DNA of 64,000 nt from an uncultured Porphyromonadaceae bacterium (GCA_900540625.1 UQGP01000004.1:3607-67606); one strand, 5' to 3'; counted from the first letter of the stretch, positions 28,870 through 39,064 are shown. The notes: generated by a model not told the origin, from the sequence alone. Program-made: numbers and translations.

Positions 28870-29964
28870 TTACTTGATGCCTCGAGCATTGAGTGCGGCG
28901 CGGTAGCGAACGCCGTTGGCCTGATGTACGGCGTAATTGTCGGTGAAGTTGTGGTATCCGCTGAAGTCCTCGCGTGCACACATATATATATAGTTGTGTT
29001 GCGGGGCGTGTAATACGGCATCGATGGTGGCTCGTTCGGGCATACGTATGGGACCCGGCGGAAGTCCTTTATTAAGATATGTGTTGTAGGGGGACGGCGT
29101 GCGCAGCATGGGTACGGTGATACGTCGCAGGGTGGGGTCTCCGATAGCGAATTTGACGGTGGGGTCGGCCTGCAACGGCATATCTATGGCCAGACGGTTG
29201 AGGTATAGACGTGCCACCTTGGGTCGTTCATCGCCTTTGGCGGTTTCCTCCTCGACGATAGATGCCAGTGTGGTTGCCTGCACGGGCGTGAGATTCAGAG
29301 ATTTGGCTTGTTCGCGCCGTTCCGAGGTCCAAAAAGCATCGCGCACCGAGGTCAGACGCTTGATTAGTTTGGCCGGGCTGTCGGTCCAAAATGCCTCATA
29401 AGTGTCCGGCACGAATGCGGCAATGTACTGTTCGGGAGTGTCATAGCCCATGGCCGGGAGTACTTCGGCACATCCGTTGACAAAGGCTGCGGAGTCCCAC
29501 GTCATCTTGGAACTGATGCGCGAAGCCAGGTCGCCGAGTGTGCGTATATTGTTGAACGTTAGTCGAATGGGAGTCTGGGCGCCGAAGCGCAGGCGATTGA
29601 CAACCGACCACACACGGTCTCCTTTGGAGATGACGTATGAGCCGACGGCGACTTCCGGCTTTCCATCGCGCCATTGCCAAATACGTGCTACGGTGGCGCC
29701 GTAGTCACCGAGACTGTCGGTGAGAATCTTGGAGACGTCGTCCGAGTCGGCGCCTCGCGGAATGTATATTCGTACGGGCTGTGCGCCGTCGTAAGTGCGT
29801 GCTATTGTGGTCCATGTCCATACGCCGGCGGCAATGATGAGTGCCGCTACGGCTGCGGCGATGTATAGCAGGACTTTGCGTCGGCGTGTGCCTTTGGCTG
29901 TCTTGGCTTTTCGGTTCTTTTTGGGCGCTTTTTTTGTCGTTGTGTTTCGGTCGGTCTTTTCCAT
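28870..29964 (-). CDS. mltG: Endolytic murein transglycosylase MltG (YceG family)
   Basis: The 364-aa ORF has a basic N-terminus plus a transmembrane helix, and the YceG core (LQADPTVKFA, YNTYLNKGLPPGPI). Confidence 0.85.
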   Translation of the reverse strand: MEKTDRNTTTKKAPKKNRKAKTAKGTRRRKVLLYIAAAVAALIIAAGVWTWTTIARTYDGAQPVRIYIPRGADSDDVSKILTDSLGDYGATVARIWQWRDGKPEVAVGSYVISKGDRVWSVVNRLRFGAQTPIRLTFNNIRTLGDLASRISSKMTWDSAAFVNGCAEVLPAMGYDTPEQYIAAFVPDTYEAFWTDSPAKLIKRLTSVRDAFWTSERREQAKSLNLTPVQATTLASIVEEETAKGDERPKVARLYLNRLAIDMPLQADPTVKFAIGDPTLRRITVPMLRTPSPYNTYLNKGLPPGPIRMPERATIDAVLHAPQHNYIYMCAREDFSGYHNFTDNYAVHQANGVRYRAALNARGIK

Positions 29965-30280
29965 ACGACAAAGTTAATACTTATCGGCCTTACAACTTAG
30001 CCAAAAAACGCTAAAAGTACACTCAACGAATTTCGATAGGTCAATAGGGATGGCGTGTTTCGCAGCTCTTGGACTTCGCGGTCCGAGTTGCGGCAACCCT
30101 GTGCGGTGTCGGCGTATGTATATATGTATCGGACGCTTATGTCTTGACCGGAATTTTGGAGTATATATAAATGTGTATGCGCGGATCTGCATTGGTGTTA
30201 TTGCGTCCTCATATGGGCGTAAATATCGGCGATTCGGGTTAAATAGTGTTAAAATATTTGGCCATCTCGTAAGAAGTGCC

Positions 30281-30288
30281 TACCTTTG
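30281..30288 (+). promoter_or_regulatory. -7 box TAccTTTG upstream of tRNA-Met
   Basis: It matches the Bacteroides TAnnTTTG consensus. The context tacctttgcacc is identical to the box upstream of tRNA-Ser. Confidence 0.5.
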
Positions 30289-30302
30289 CACCACTGAAAC
30301 AT

Positions 30303-30377
<75 letters not shown>

Positions 30378-30384
30378 ATCATCG

Positions 30385-30419
30385 AGAGGTCCATCAAATG
30401 ATGGGCCTCTTACTTTTTT
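30385..30419 (+). terminator. Terminator hairpin after tRNA-Met
   Basis: agaggtccatc-aaat-gatgggcctct is followed by tactttttt. Confidence 0.55.
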
Positions 30420-30464
30420 ACACTTTTTTTTGTGATAATGGCCGTGCATCACAAAAAATATAAC

Positions 30465-30472
30465 TATATTTG
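30465..30472 (+). promoter_or_regulatory. -7 box TAtaTTTG for serC
   Basis: It matches TAnnTTTG about 94 nt upstream of the serC ATG. Confidence 0.4.
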
Positions 30473-30565
30473 CCCCGTGCAAGCGCGCCGTCATGGCACA
30501 CTGTCAAACGGAGGAGCGGTGCACGAACACAACCCGAACGACAAACCTATAACAATACAAACACT

Positions 30566-31642
30566 ATGAGTATGAAGAAGCACAACTTCTATGCCGGTCC
30601 TTCGATTCTGAGCCAGTACACCATCCAGAATACGGCAGACGCAATCATTAATTTTGCTGACACCGGGCTGTCCATCTTGGAGATATCGCACCGCAGCAAG
30701 GAATTCCAGGCCGTTATTGACGAAGCCACGGCTCTTGTCAAAGAACTCCTCGAAATCCCCGAAGGCTACAGCGTGCTGTGGCTTGGCGGCGGCGCCTCGA
30801 TGCAGTTCTGCATGATTCCCTTCAACCTGTTGCGCACGCGTGCCAGCTATCTCGACACCGGCACATGGGCACACAAGGCCATCAAAGAAGCGCGCCTCTT
30901 CGGCGAAGTGAATGTCGTGGCTTCCGGCGAGGCCGACAAATACACCCATATACCCAAGGGCTTCACCGTACCTGCCGACAGCGACTACTTCCACTATACA
31001 TCCAACAACACCATCTACGGTACCGAGATACGCAAGGATCCCGACGTACCCTGCCGTCTGGTGGCCGATATGAGCTCGGACATCTTCTCGCGTCCGGTGG
31101 ACGTCTCCAAATATGATGCAATATATGCCGGTGCGCAGAAGAATCTTGCTCCCGCCGGCGTCACCATCATCATTGTACGCGACGACGCCCTCGGACATGT
31201 CGACCGAGTAATACCCACCATGCTGGACTACCGTACACACGTAGCCAAGGGCTCGATGTTCAATACACCTCCCGTATTGCCTATATTCTCGGCTTTGCAG
31301 ACCCTGCGCTACTACAAAGACCTCGGCGGCATCAAGGAACTCGAACGCCGAGACCTCGAAAAAGCCGCAATGCTTTACGAAGCCATCGACAGCAGCCGTA
31401 TGTTCACCGGAACGGTTACCGACCCGGCCGACCGCTCGATCATGAACGTATGCTTCGTGATGAAACCCGAATACAAGGAACTCGAGAAAGACTTCGTGGA
31501 ATTTGCCACACAGCGCGGTATCGTAGGCATCAAGGGCCACCGCAGCGTTGGCGGCTTCCGTGCATCGCTCTACAATGCACTGCCCATCGACAGCGTGAAG
31601 GTGCTGGTAGATGCTATGGCTGACTTCCAAGCCGTACATTGA
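30566..31642 (+). CDS. serC: Phosphoserine aminotransferase
   Basis: The start [15 protein letters not shown] is at 30566. SerC signatures are FNAGPA-like N-terminus and the PLP-lysine region. Confidence 0.9.
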   Translation: MSMKKHNFYAGPSILSQYTIQNTADAIINFADTGLSILEISHRSKEFQAVIDEATALVKELLEIPEGYSVLWLGGGASMQFCMIPFNLLRTRASYLDTGTWAHKAIKEARLFGEVNVVASGEADKYTHIPKGFTVPADSDYFHYTSNNTIYGTEIRKDPDVPCRLVADMSSDIFSRPVDVSKYDAIYAGAQKNLAPAGVTIIIVRDDALGHVDRVIPTMLDYRTHVAKGSMFNTPPVLPIFSALQTLRYYKDLGGIKELERRDLEKAAMLYEAIDSSRMFTGTVTDPADRSIMNVCFVMKPEYKELEKDFVEFATQRGIVGIKGHRSVGGFRASLYNALPIDSVKVLVDAMADFQAVH

Positions 31643-31676
31643 TACAACGGAGTCATTCACCAAAGACAACAGTACA

Positions 31677-32594
31677 ATGAAAGTTTTATTAGCTACCGAA
31701 AAGCCCTTTGCAGCTGCCGCAGTTCAAGGCATCCGCAAGGCTGTCGAAGAAGGCGGACATACGCTCGCCATCCTCGAAAAATATACCGACCGCGCCCAAT
31801 TGCTTGACGCCGTCAAGGATGCCGATGCGCTCATCGTACGCAGCGATATCGTCGATGCCGCGCTGATGGACGCTGCGCCGCAACTGAAAATTGTTGTACG
31901 CGCCGGCGCCGGATACGATAATATCGACCTCAAGGCCGCTACGGCTCATAATATTGTGGTCGAGAATACTCCCGGCCAGAACTCCAATGCCGTGGCCGAA
32001 CTGGTCTTCGGACTTGCCGTCATGGCCGTGCGCAACATGTACGCCGGGACGTCGGGCACCGAACTCAAAGGCAAACGCCTGGGTATCCATGCTTTCGGAC
32101 AAGTAGGCCGCAACGTTGCACGTATCGCCAAAGGCTTCGGTATGGAAGTGAGCGCCCTCGACCCTTACTGCCCCGACAAAGTAATCGAAGAGGCCGGAGT
32201 GCGTCCCGTACACTCCATTGAGGAGTTGTATTCCGACAATGATGTTGTGTCGCTGCACATTCCCGCCACCGACGAGACGCGCAACAGCGTCAACAAACAC
32301 CTTATCGAACTTATGCCCAAAGGCGGTCTGCTGATTAATACCGCACGTCGCGAAGTCATTGACGAGCCGTCGTTGGCCGAGGCTCTCGAGCAGCGCCCCG
32401 ACATAAAGTACGTAGCCGACATAGCCCCCACCAATGCCGACGAATTGCGTCAGCGCTTCCCCGGTCGAGTATTCTTCACGCCCAAGAAGATGGGTGCGCA
32501 GACAGCCGAGGCAAACATCAACGCCGGCATCGCCGCTGCACGTCAGATTGTGGCTTACTTTGCCGACGGTACCGACCGTTTCCGCGTCAACTGA
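31677..32594 (+). CDS. serA: D-3-phosphoglycerate dehydrogenase (short form)
   Basis: The start MKVLLATEK is at 31677. It has a 2-hydroxyacid dehydrogenase NAD-binding motif (GIHAFGQVGRNVA) and lies immediately downstream of serC. Confidence 0.85.
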   Translation: MKVLLATEKPFAAAAVQGIRKAVEEGGHTLAILEKYTDRAQLLDAVKDADALIVRSDIVDAALMDAAPQLKIVVRAGAGYDNIDLKAATAHNIVVENTPGQNSNAVAELVFGLAVMAVRNMYAGTSGTELKGKRLGIHAFGQVGRNVARIAKGFGMEVSALDPYCPDKVIEEAGVRPVHSIEELYSDNDVVSLHIPATDETRNSVNKHLIELMPKGGLLINTARREVIDEPSLAEALEQRPDIKYVADIAPTNADELRQRFPGRVFFTPKKMGAQTAEANINAGIAAARQIVAYFADGTDRFRVN

Positions 32595-32631
32595 TTACGC
32601 CACTCACGCGTAAAAGCGTGTGAGTCAAGCT

Positions 32632-32695
32632 CTAATCATAAAGACTTACCCCCTGTCACAAAAGGCTGTGGCAGGGGGTAAGTCTTTATGATTAG
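32632..32695. terminator. Strong bidirectional terminator, a perfect 24-bp inverted repeat
   Basis: ctaatcataaagacttaccccctg-tcacaaaaggctgtgg-cagggggtaagtctttatgattag. Confidence 0.6.
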
Positions 32696-32711
32696 AAGTG
32701 AGCCGGAGTGC

Positions 32712-33296
32712 CTATTTGAGTGTCACTCTGTTGATTAGTAGCCCTTTCGGGAGTAGAATGGATGCTATGGTGCTAAACTCACCGTTGACATTATTCATCT
32801 TGATTATGTTGAATTTTGCGGCATCTAAAATGGCCCACGTCAGCATAACAAAGTCTTTATGAGAGAGTAATACCAGATAGCGGCGTCCTTGACTGTTCTT
32901 CATCAAAAGATACGGAATATTCGGAGATGTTTTGTTGAGAAGTCCAACCACCCATTCCGCATTACCATCCTGGCCTAAAAAAGTGAAATACTGGCTTGAG
33001 TCTTCGTCGGTAAAAAAACAATATGTGCCGTCAGCGTCACTACTATTAGTATGAGACCAAGCCAGTCGACTGCCGTCAGACATTAGCTTAAATTGGAAGG
33101 TCCCGGTACCGTCTTCCCAGATGCAACGAGTTGTAATAATCGAGCACTTGACAGAATAGGCTTGCGTATATACGCCGTTAATTTCCGGGATGGCCTCTCC
33201 GTCTATAATCACTTGTTCTGGAGTTGTTTGTGCCGTCACCATTGTGGTAGACAATAGCCCGAATACTAATAAGAATAGAAATTTTCGATAAGTCAT
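32712..33296 (-). CDS. Hypothetical small secreted protein in an AT-rich islet
   Basis: The likely start is MTYRKFLFLLVFGLLSTTMVTAQT at 33296 (about 195 aa). GC is about 43% versus about 55% for the neighbours. It has no recognisable domain. Confidence 0.5.
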   Translation of the reverse strand: MTYRKFLFLLVFGLLSTTMVTAQTTPEQVIIDGEAIPEINGVYTQAYSVKCSIITTRCIWEDGTGTFQFKLMSDGSRLAWSHTNSSDADGTYCFFTDEDSSQYFTFLGQDGNAEWVVGLLNKTSPNIPYLLMKNSQGRRYLVLLSHKDFVMLTWAILDAAKFNIIKMNNVNGEFSTIASILLPKGLLINRVTLK

Positions 33297-33443
33297 AATG
33301 TAGACGAATGTATTGATAGTGATAATAATACAAAGGTAAGCATAAAAATGCAAACGATGCAAGCGTTGAAACATTTAGATTAACTTTGAGAAAAATAAAT
33401 TTTGAAATACGCGCCGAATATTGCATACATCAAAAACATTTAG

Positions 33444-33451
33444 TACCTTTG
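33444..33451 (+). promoter_or_regulatory. -7 box TAccTTTG upstream of tRNA-Ser
   Basis: It matches TAnnTTTG about 38 nt upstream of the tRNA start. It has the same tacctttgcacc context as the tRNA-Met promoter. Confidence 0.5.
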
Positions 33452-33489
33452 CACCCACAAAACGACACGTACGACCGCGTGTAGAATAC

Positions 33490-33576
33490 GGAAAGATGCC
33501 GGAGTGGTCGATCGGGGCGGTCTCGAAAACCGTTGTGCCCTTGCGGGCACCCAGGGTTCGAATCCCTGTCTTTCCG
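33490..33576 (+). tRNA. tRNA-Ser (anticodon CGA)
   Basis: The acceptor stem is ggaaaga/tctttcc. The anticodon stem-loop gcggt-CTCGAAA-accgt gives anticodon CGA. There is a long variable arm (gtgcccttgcgggcac) and a T-arm cagggttcgaatccctg. CCA is not encoded. Confidence 0.85.
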
Positions 33577-33631
33577 CAAAGAAGGCCCGGAAGCGCAAGC
33601 TTTCGGGCCTTCGTGCGAAGAAAGACGGGAT

Positions 33632-33700
33632 GAGAACCCTGAGGGTTCGTTATCGCGCAGCGCTTGCGGAGCAAGAAACCGCGCAGCGAAACTGGGGTAG
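33632..33700. repeat. Fourth copy of the structured repeat seen at 1790-2125, just downstream of the tRNA-Ser terminator
   Basis: gagaaccctgagggttcgttatcgcgcagcgcttgcgg shares the core gaacccNgag...ggttcgtNatcgcgNagcgcttgcg with the copies at 1815, 1953 and 2054. Confidence 0.55.
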
Positions 33701-33862
33701 GGGGTGTAGTGCCGTGTGTAGGAGGGTACGGCCGAAATTATGCCGCGGAACGAGTGAATGAGGATGGTTGCTATGGGGTTATTAATTAGACACTTATAAT
33801 CATTAATATAATTTAGCAATTATTTGTATCCAAATGATTTTGTGCAGCACCTTAAAAAGCAC

Positions 33863-33870
33863 TATATTTG
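33863..33870 (+). promoter_or_regulatory. -7 box TAtaTTTG for the TPR lipoprotein gene
   Basis: It matches TAnnTTTG about 85 nt upstream of the ATG at 33956. Confidence 0.4.
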
Positions 33871-33955
33871 CGTAATAAAATGCGGGTCTAAAGTATGTAT
33901 ATCCGCATAGACATAAACAAAGACACTAAAACAACCACATTAAGAACTATTCGCT

Positions 33956-35644
33956 ATGAAACAAAAACTATGTCTGACCTTAGCCCTCGGCGCAGTACTT
34001 ATGCTGGCCTCCTGTGGCAAAAAGCTCGGCCAATTCAGCCAAGACTATTTCAACGTCAACCCCAATCCGCTGGAAGTTGTCGGTGAAAAAGTTCCCGCAA
34101 CCATCACGGGTAACATTCCCGCTAAGTTCTTCGTTAAGAACGCCGTTGTTACGGTTACCCCCGTGCTTGTTTACAACGGCCAGGAAACCACTTCCGTACC
34201 TTACACCTTCCAGGGCGAAAAGGTACGTGGCAACAACCCCGTAGTATCCTACGAGAATGGTGGAACCATCACCATCCCCGCTGCTTACGCTTATACCCCC
34301 GAGATGGCCAAGAGTACACTCGCTCTTGACTTCGTCGTTACTCAGGGCAAGAAACAGTATGTTCTGCCTCGCGTCAATGTAGCCAACGGCATCATCGCCA
34401 CTGCAGCTCTCGCCGACCCGGCAACCGTTAATCCCGCCCTCGGTAAAGACGCCTTCCAGCGTGTCATCAACGAAAAATACGCCGCTGATATCAAGTTCCT
34501 TATCAATCAGGCAAACATTCGCTCTTCTGAGCTGAATACCAACGCTATGACCGAGTTCCACAACTCTCTGGTAGCAGCCAACGGCGACAGCACACGCGTC
34601 ATCAACGAAATCAACATCCAGTCCTACGCTTCGCCTGACGGTGCTTACGACTTCAACGAGCGTCTGGCTCAGCACCGCGAAGACAACACCAAGGGTTATG
34701 TCTCGGGCCGCCTCAAAAAAGACAAAATCACCGAGTTCGGCGAATTGACCGCTAACTTCACCGCTGAAGACTGGGAAGGCTTCCAGAAACTCGTCAGCCA
34801 GTCCAACATCCAGGACAAAGACCTTATCCTCAGCGTTCTGTCGATGTACAAAGACCCCGAAGAGCGTGAACGCGAAATCCGCAACATCTCTACCGTCTTC
34901 GAACAGCTGGCCGAAGAAATTCTGCCGCAACTCCGCTACTCGCGCATTACAGCCTCCATCGACGTTATCGGCAAGAGCGATAGCGAAATCAACAAATGCT
35001 TCGACAACGATCCTTCTCAGCTGTCCATCGAAGAGCTGCTTTACGCTGCAACCCTCACCGATGACAACGCTCGCCGCATGAAGATCTACGAAACCGCTAC
35101 TCGTCAATATCCCAACGACTACCGTGGCTGGAACGACCTCGGTCTTACACAGTATGTAGCTCGTGACTACACCAAGGCTAAAGCATCTTTCGAACGCGCA
35201 GCCCAACTGGCTCCCGCCGGTACCGAACCCAAACTCAACCTCGGCCTTATCGAAATGGTTAACGGCAACTATCGTGCTGCCAACCAGTACTTCGGCAATG
35301 CTGCCGGCGCTGAATCTCTCGGCGATGCCCTCGGCGTATACTACCTGAAGATGGGTGACAACGCTTCCGCAGCTCGCGCATTCGGCGACTCCAAGAGCAA
35401 TAACGCTGCTCTGGCTCAGATTCTTACCAAAGACTACACCAAGGCTAAGAGCACTCTCGCAGGCATCAATAAACCCGACGCTACCACCTACTACCTGATG
35501 GCAGTCCTGGGCGCTCGCACCAACAACGAGCAGATGCTGACCTCCAACCTGCGTCAAGCTATCAAGCTGGACAGCAGCATGGCACAGCGTGCAGCCAACG
35601 ACCTCGAATTTGATGCTTTCAACATCTCCGGTCTGACAAAGTAA
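33956..35644 (+). CDS. Lipoprotein with a C-terminal TPR-like domain
   Basis: The 562-aa ORF has a lipoprotein signal (LMLASCGKK) and TPR-like repeats near the C-terminus (YPNDYRGWNDLGLTQYVARDYTKAKASFERAAQLAP...). Its codon usage is strongly biased, consistent with high expression. Confidence 0.6.
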   Translation: MKQKLCLTLALGAVLMLASCGKKLGQFSQDYFNVNPNPLEVVGEKVPATITGNIPAKFFVKNAVVTVTPVLVYNGQETTSVPYTFQGEKVRGNNPVVSYENGGTITIPAAYAYTPEMAKSTLALDFVVTQGKKQYVLPRVNVANGIIATAALADPATVNPALGKDAFQRVINEKYAADIKFLINQANIRSSELNTNAMTEFHNSLVAANGDSTRVINEINIQSYASPDGAYDFNERLAQHREDNTKGYVSGRLKKDKITEFGELTANFTAEDWEGFQKLVSQSNIQDKDLILSVLSMYKDPEEREREIRNISTVFEQLAEEILPQLRYSRITASIDVIGKSDSEINKCFDNDPSQLSIEELLYAATLTDDNARRMKIYETATRQYPNDYRGWNDLGLTQYVARDYTKAKASFERAAQLAPAGTEPKLNLGLIEMVNGNYRAANQYFGNAAGAESLGDALGVYYLKMGDNASAARAFGDSKSNNAALAQILTKDYTKAKSTLAGINKPDATTYYLMAVLGARTNNEQMLTSNLRQAIKLDSSMAQRAANDLEFDAFNISGLTK

Positions 35645-35674
35645 GCGCATCCCGTCTTTAAGGACGCACACAAT

Positions 35675-35729
35675 AGCGGCGCATGCCCTCCCTTCAACGG
35701 ACGGCATGCGCCGCTTACTTTTGCTTTTC
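35675..35729 (+). terminator. Rho-independent terminator after the lipoprotein gene
   Basis: agcggcgcatgcc-ctcccttcaacggac-ggcatgcgccgct is followed by tacttttgctttt. Confidence 0.6.
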
Positions 35730-35992
35730 GGGAGAGGTAACCGATAGGTTTTTTGCATATAAGCCGGCTTTTATAAAAAGCAAGCCGGGTCGCTGCTGAT
35801 GCAGTGTACCCGGCTTGTCGTCTATGATGTGTTGTCAGGCTTCGTCGCCTGAGTTACGGCATAGGATGCCGCGGATGTTTATCGAGTTTCGGTCGTGTCG
35901 TATCTCGAATCGTCGCGCACTTGTATCGAACGTAATGCGTTGCGAATCATTGTAGTTGACCCCATTGCCTCGATGAGATGCGCATATGGCGG

Positions 35993-36289
35993 TTACTTGT
36001 TGCGAGCGGCGCGCTTTTCGAGTTGTTTTTCGACGGCTTCGACGGCAACGTCAAAGGCTTCTTCGAAAGTGTCGGCGGTTTTGCTGGCAACGATTTCGCC
36101 GTTCTGGGGTATGGCGACACGGATGGTTACTTCCTTGTTGAGAGCGGTTTCAGGCTTGATCAGGTTGAGGTTGACATCGAAAGTGTCGATCTCGGGGTTA
36201 CGACGTCCGATACGCTCGGTTTTCTTGTTGATAAAGTTGACGAGGCGGTCTGCAATCTCGAAGTGGATAGCTTTGATACGTACGTTCAT
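35993..36289 (-). CDS. hpf: Ribosome hibernation-promoting factor (RaiA/HPF family)
   Basis: The 98-aa ORF reads MNVRIKAIHFEIADRLVNFINKKTERI...VASKTADTFEEAFDVAVEAVEKQL. Confidence 0.85.
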   Translation of the reverse strand: MNVRIKAIHFEIADRLVNFINKKTERIGRRNPEIDTFDVNLNLIKPETALNKEVTIRVAIPQNGEIVASKTADTFEEAFDVAVEAVEKQLEKRAARNK

Positions 36290-37212
36290 AGTTTTCCTCC
36301 TTTTTTAATGGCACGTGGGTGTGCCTGTTGATAATTTTGTTGTAACTCTCGATATGATATATGAGTGTACAGTTGCGTGGTGGCCAGGGAGGCGTGTCCC
36401 AGCAACTTTTGTACAGCGTCAAGGTCGGCGCCACCGTTGAGCATATCGGTGGCGAAGGAATGTCGCAGGACGTGCGGGCTGCGCTTAGCGCTATGCGCTA
36501 CGGGGTCCAAAGCTTTGTGTACTATGCGGTTGAGTAGACCGTAGTATAGTGGCTCGCCGCTTTCGCGCACCATCAGTGTCGGCGTGTGTCGTGTCCCGGT
36601 CGTGCGTGTTCGCAGTTGGCGATAGCTGTCTATGGATGCCGCCAATTCGGGCGCGATGGGTATGACTCGTTCCTTATTGCGCTTGCCGATTACGCGGACC
36701 TGGCATTGGGCGGTGTCCGTATTGTCGTCCGTGAGGGTTATGAGCTCGGCGGCACGCATCCCGGTGGCATATAGTAGTTCGACGGCAAGACGATCGCGCA
36801 CTTCGCGGAAGTCGGCGTGGTCGATGGGGGCGTCCAATGCCGCCGCCGTGTCTTGTGTAGGGACAAAACGCGGAAGCACCTTGGGCGCATGTGCCAGTTC
36901 GAGGTCACGTGTCGGGTCTGCTGTATATCCGTGATAGCGTGCAAGATAGCGGTAGAATGTGCGCACGCACGACAGCCTGCGGCGTATGGTCGTTTGGGCC
37001 AGTCCGCGTTGTGTCATATCGGCGAGCCAGGCGCGAATGTCCGACCGTGTCACTGTCGCCGGATCCACTTGGTCGGTGTCCTCGTCCGTGTCCCAGTCTA
37101 CGCCTGTCAGGAAGCGTGTCCAGTCTTTCAAATCCTTAGAATAAGACAAAACGGTGCAAGCTGAATGATTCAGCTCACACCGTAGGTATTCTAAAAAGGA
37201 TTTCGTCAGCAT
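36286..37212 (-). CDS. xerC: Tyrosine site-specific recombinase, XerC/XerD family
   Basis: The 308-aa ORF has an N-terminal SAM-like domain and a catalytic R..HxxR..Y region (HVLRHSFATDMLNGGADLDAVQKLLGHASLATTQLYTH). It overlaps the hpf start by 4 nt. Confidence 0.8.
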   Translation of the reverse strand: MLTKSFLEYLRCELNHSACTVLSYSKDLKDWTRFLTGVDWDTDEDTDQVDPATVTRSDIRAWLADMTQRGLAQTTIRRRLSCVRTFYRYLARYHGYTADPTRDLELAHAPKVLPRFVPTQDTAAALDAPIDHADFREVRDRLAVELLYATGMRAAELITLTDDNTDTAQCQVRVIGKRNKERVIPIAPELAASIDSYRQLRTRTTGTRHTPTLMVRESGEPLYYGLLNRIVHKALDPVAHSAKRSPHVLRHSFATDMLNGGADLDAVQKLLGHASLATTQLYTHISYRELQQNYQQAHPRAIKKGGKL

Positions 37213-37493
37213 ATCTCACATAATGATAAGCATCTGATGCCGGGTTGTGATACCCGTGCGCCTTCTTATCGTATGTGCGAATTTACTACTTCCTTTTGTC
37301 TTTTCCAAATAAAATCGGAGAAAAACTTTTGCTCTGTATTCGTTCCCCCTTTCCGGTATAAGTTTGCGGCCTGACTGTCAAAGACTTTCGTTATGAAAGA
37401 AATTTGCGCGTCGACCTTACTTTTTTCTGTCTGATGGAGGTGGGATTTGCCTGCATTGTCCATGTAGGCACTTCCCGGTGCGAAGACGGATGA

Positions 37494-37685
37494 TTAATCC
37501 TCGACGCTGCGAAGTTTCTGTACGTAAACAGCCTTCATCATTTTCTTGCGGTTGACAACCGAAGGTTTCTGGAAGGCCTGACGTGCGCGGAGTTCTTTGA
37601 CAACGCCGGTGCGCTCGTATTTACGTTTGAACTTCTTGAGAGCTTTCTCGATGTTTTCGCCTTCTTTTACTTGTACGATGATCAT
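37494..37685 (-). CDS. rpsU: 30S ribosomal protein S21
   Basis: The 63-aa ORF reads MIIVQVKEGENIEKALKKFKRKYERTGVVKELRARQAFQKPS. Confidence 0.9.
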   Translation of the reverse strand: MIIVQVKEGENIEKALKKFKRKYERTGVVKELRARQAFQKPSVVNRKKMMKAVYVQKLRSVED

Positions 37686-37926
37686 TTTTGTGTTAGGTTG
37701 TTATTTGATTTATAGCTTTTTATGTCTGCATGTTTTGCTAAAACCCCACGCACATCGGCGGTGGCTGCGTTTCCGCAGACTTTTAGCGGGGCAAAATTAC
37801 AAATCTTTTCTGATACGGCCAAATTTTCGGAGAGTAACTTTTTACATTTTACTCAAATTCAGAATATTCAGAATGCTCGGCGGATTCGGCGTCCGGTAGT
37901 CGTGTGCCGATCGGAGGGCGTTATAT

Positions 37927-38493
37927 TTATCGACATGCGCCAAAGACCTCATTGGCGGAACATACGCATTGGCCGCTTGTTCGGGCAATGTCGAAGTCGT
38001 GTGTACAATACGACAGCGAAACGGGTGCGTATGATATGAACCGCTCTTTGGCGACGAATCCTCCGCGGTAGTTTCGGGGCATCGCTTTCTCGGAGTGCCA
38101 CCCTTTGCCCTTATATATATAAACGGTGTATGTGCCGTTGGGTACATATATTGCGGCGGTGTCACCTGCGGCGACGTATGAGTTGCGTACGATTTTGCCC
38201 GCGCGTTTTACAATGACCACGGCATCGGTACAATCTGTAGAGTCGTTTGTGATTGTAATCTTGGAATTGTTGTTGGCCTCGATGGGGGCATTATGATAGG
38301 GTGTATGTCCCGTAGGCATACTATTGTCGGCGTATCTGGCGCTGTCAGAGAGTGCGCCTTGGCACTTGCGGCTGTCCGAGCCGTCGGAACAATATGTGGT
38401 CGGGACATCAATTGTGCTTTCGTCGTGACTTCCGACGCACAACTTGACGCATACCATTGCGAGAATAAAGAGGATGAAAAGCAGCCGGCTCAT
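37927..38493 (-). CDS. Hypothetical small secreted Cys-containing protein
   Basis: The 188-aa ORF has a signal peptide (MSRLLFILFILAMVCVKLCVG) and no recognisable motif. Its coding status is uncertain. Confidence 0.35.
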   Translation of the reverse strand: MSRLLFILFILAMVCVKLCVGSHDESTIDVPTTYCSDGSDSRKCQGALSDSARYADNSMPTGHTPYHNAPIEANNNSKITITNDSTDCTDAVVIVKRAGKIVRNSYVAAGDTAAIYVPNGTYTVYIYKGKGWHSEKAMPRNYRGGFVAKERFISYAPVSLSYCTHDFDIARTSGQCVCSANEVFGACR

Positions 38494-39064
38494 AAATGCT
38501 GGAATAAGGAGAAGATGTGTGAATAAATGTTGAGGTAAATGTAATTAAGAAGATGTAAATGACTTTGAGGTTGTTTTTTTGCCCTTTGGGAAGGGCGGAG
38601 TTGTTGGTTCTTTTTAAGAGTGGGTTGTGATTGCGGTGTTGCTTGGTCATGCAAAGACGCAAGCCTTGGGAGGGCGTTGGCGTCAGGGCTAATCCACAAG
38701 TGACTGCAAAATTACAAAATTTAATTGTTCTGTCGGCATTTCGCGCAAAAAAAATTCTTCGTCACTGTCCTATGGCCGGTCAATGTGGCGTAAAACCGCT
38801 TCGGTACAGCAGTCGAAGCTGTTGCGTAGCCGGAAGTATGTCTGTGTCCGTGATGTGACACGATGCCTTTCAGAAGCCGCAAAAACGGACATCAGTGTTA
38901 AAATAGGCAAAAACAAGCGTTAAAATGGATTAAATTTGTACTTTTACCACTCAAATCGCGAGTTATGCCCTTTCGGGGGTGTGATTGCCGTTTTCGGCCA
39001 AGCGGTTTTATAATCTTAAATAAAGACAAAACCTCCTAATAACCAAAACCTCAAGTATTAAGAA

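Noticed and set aside
38293-38526. 77-aa plus-strand ORF
   Set aside because: It overlaps the minus-strand hypothetical gene and has no support.
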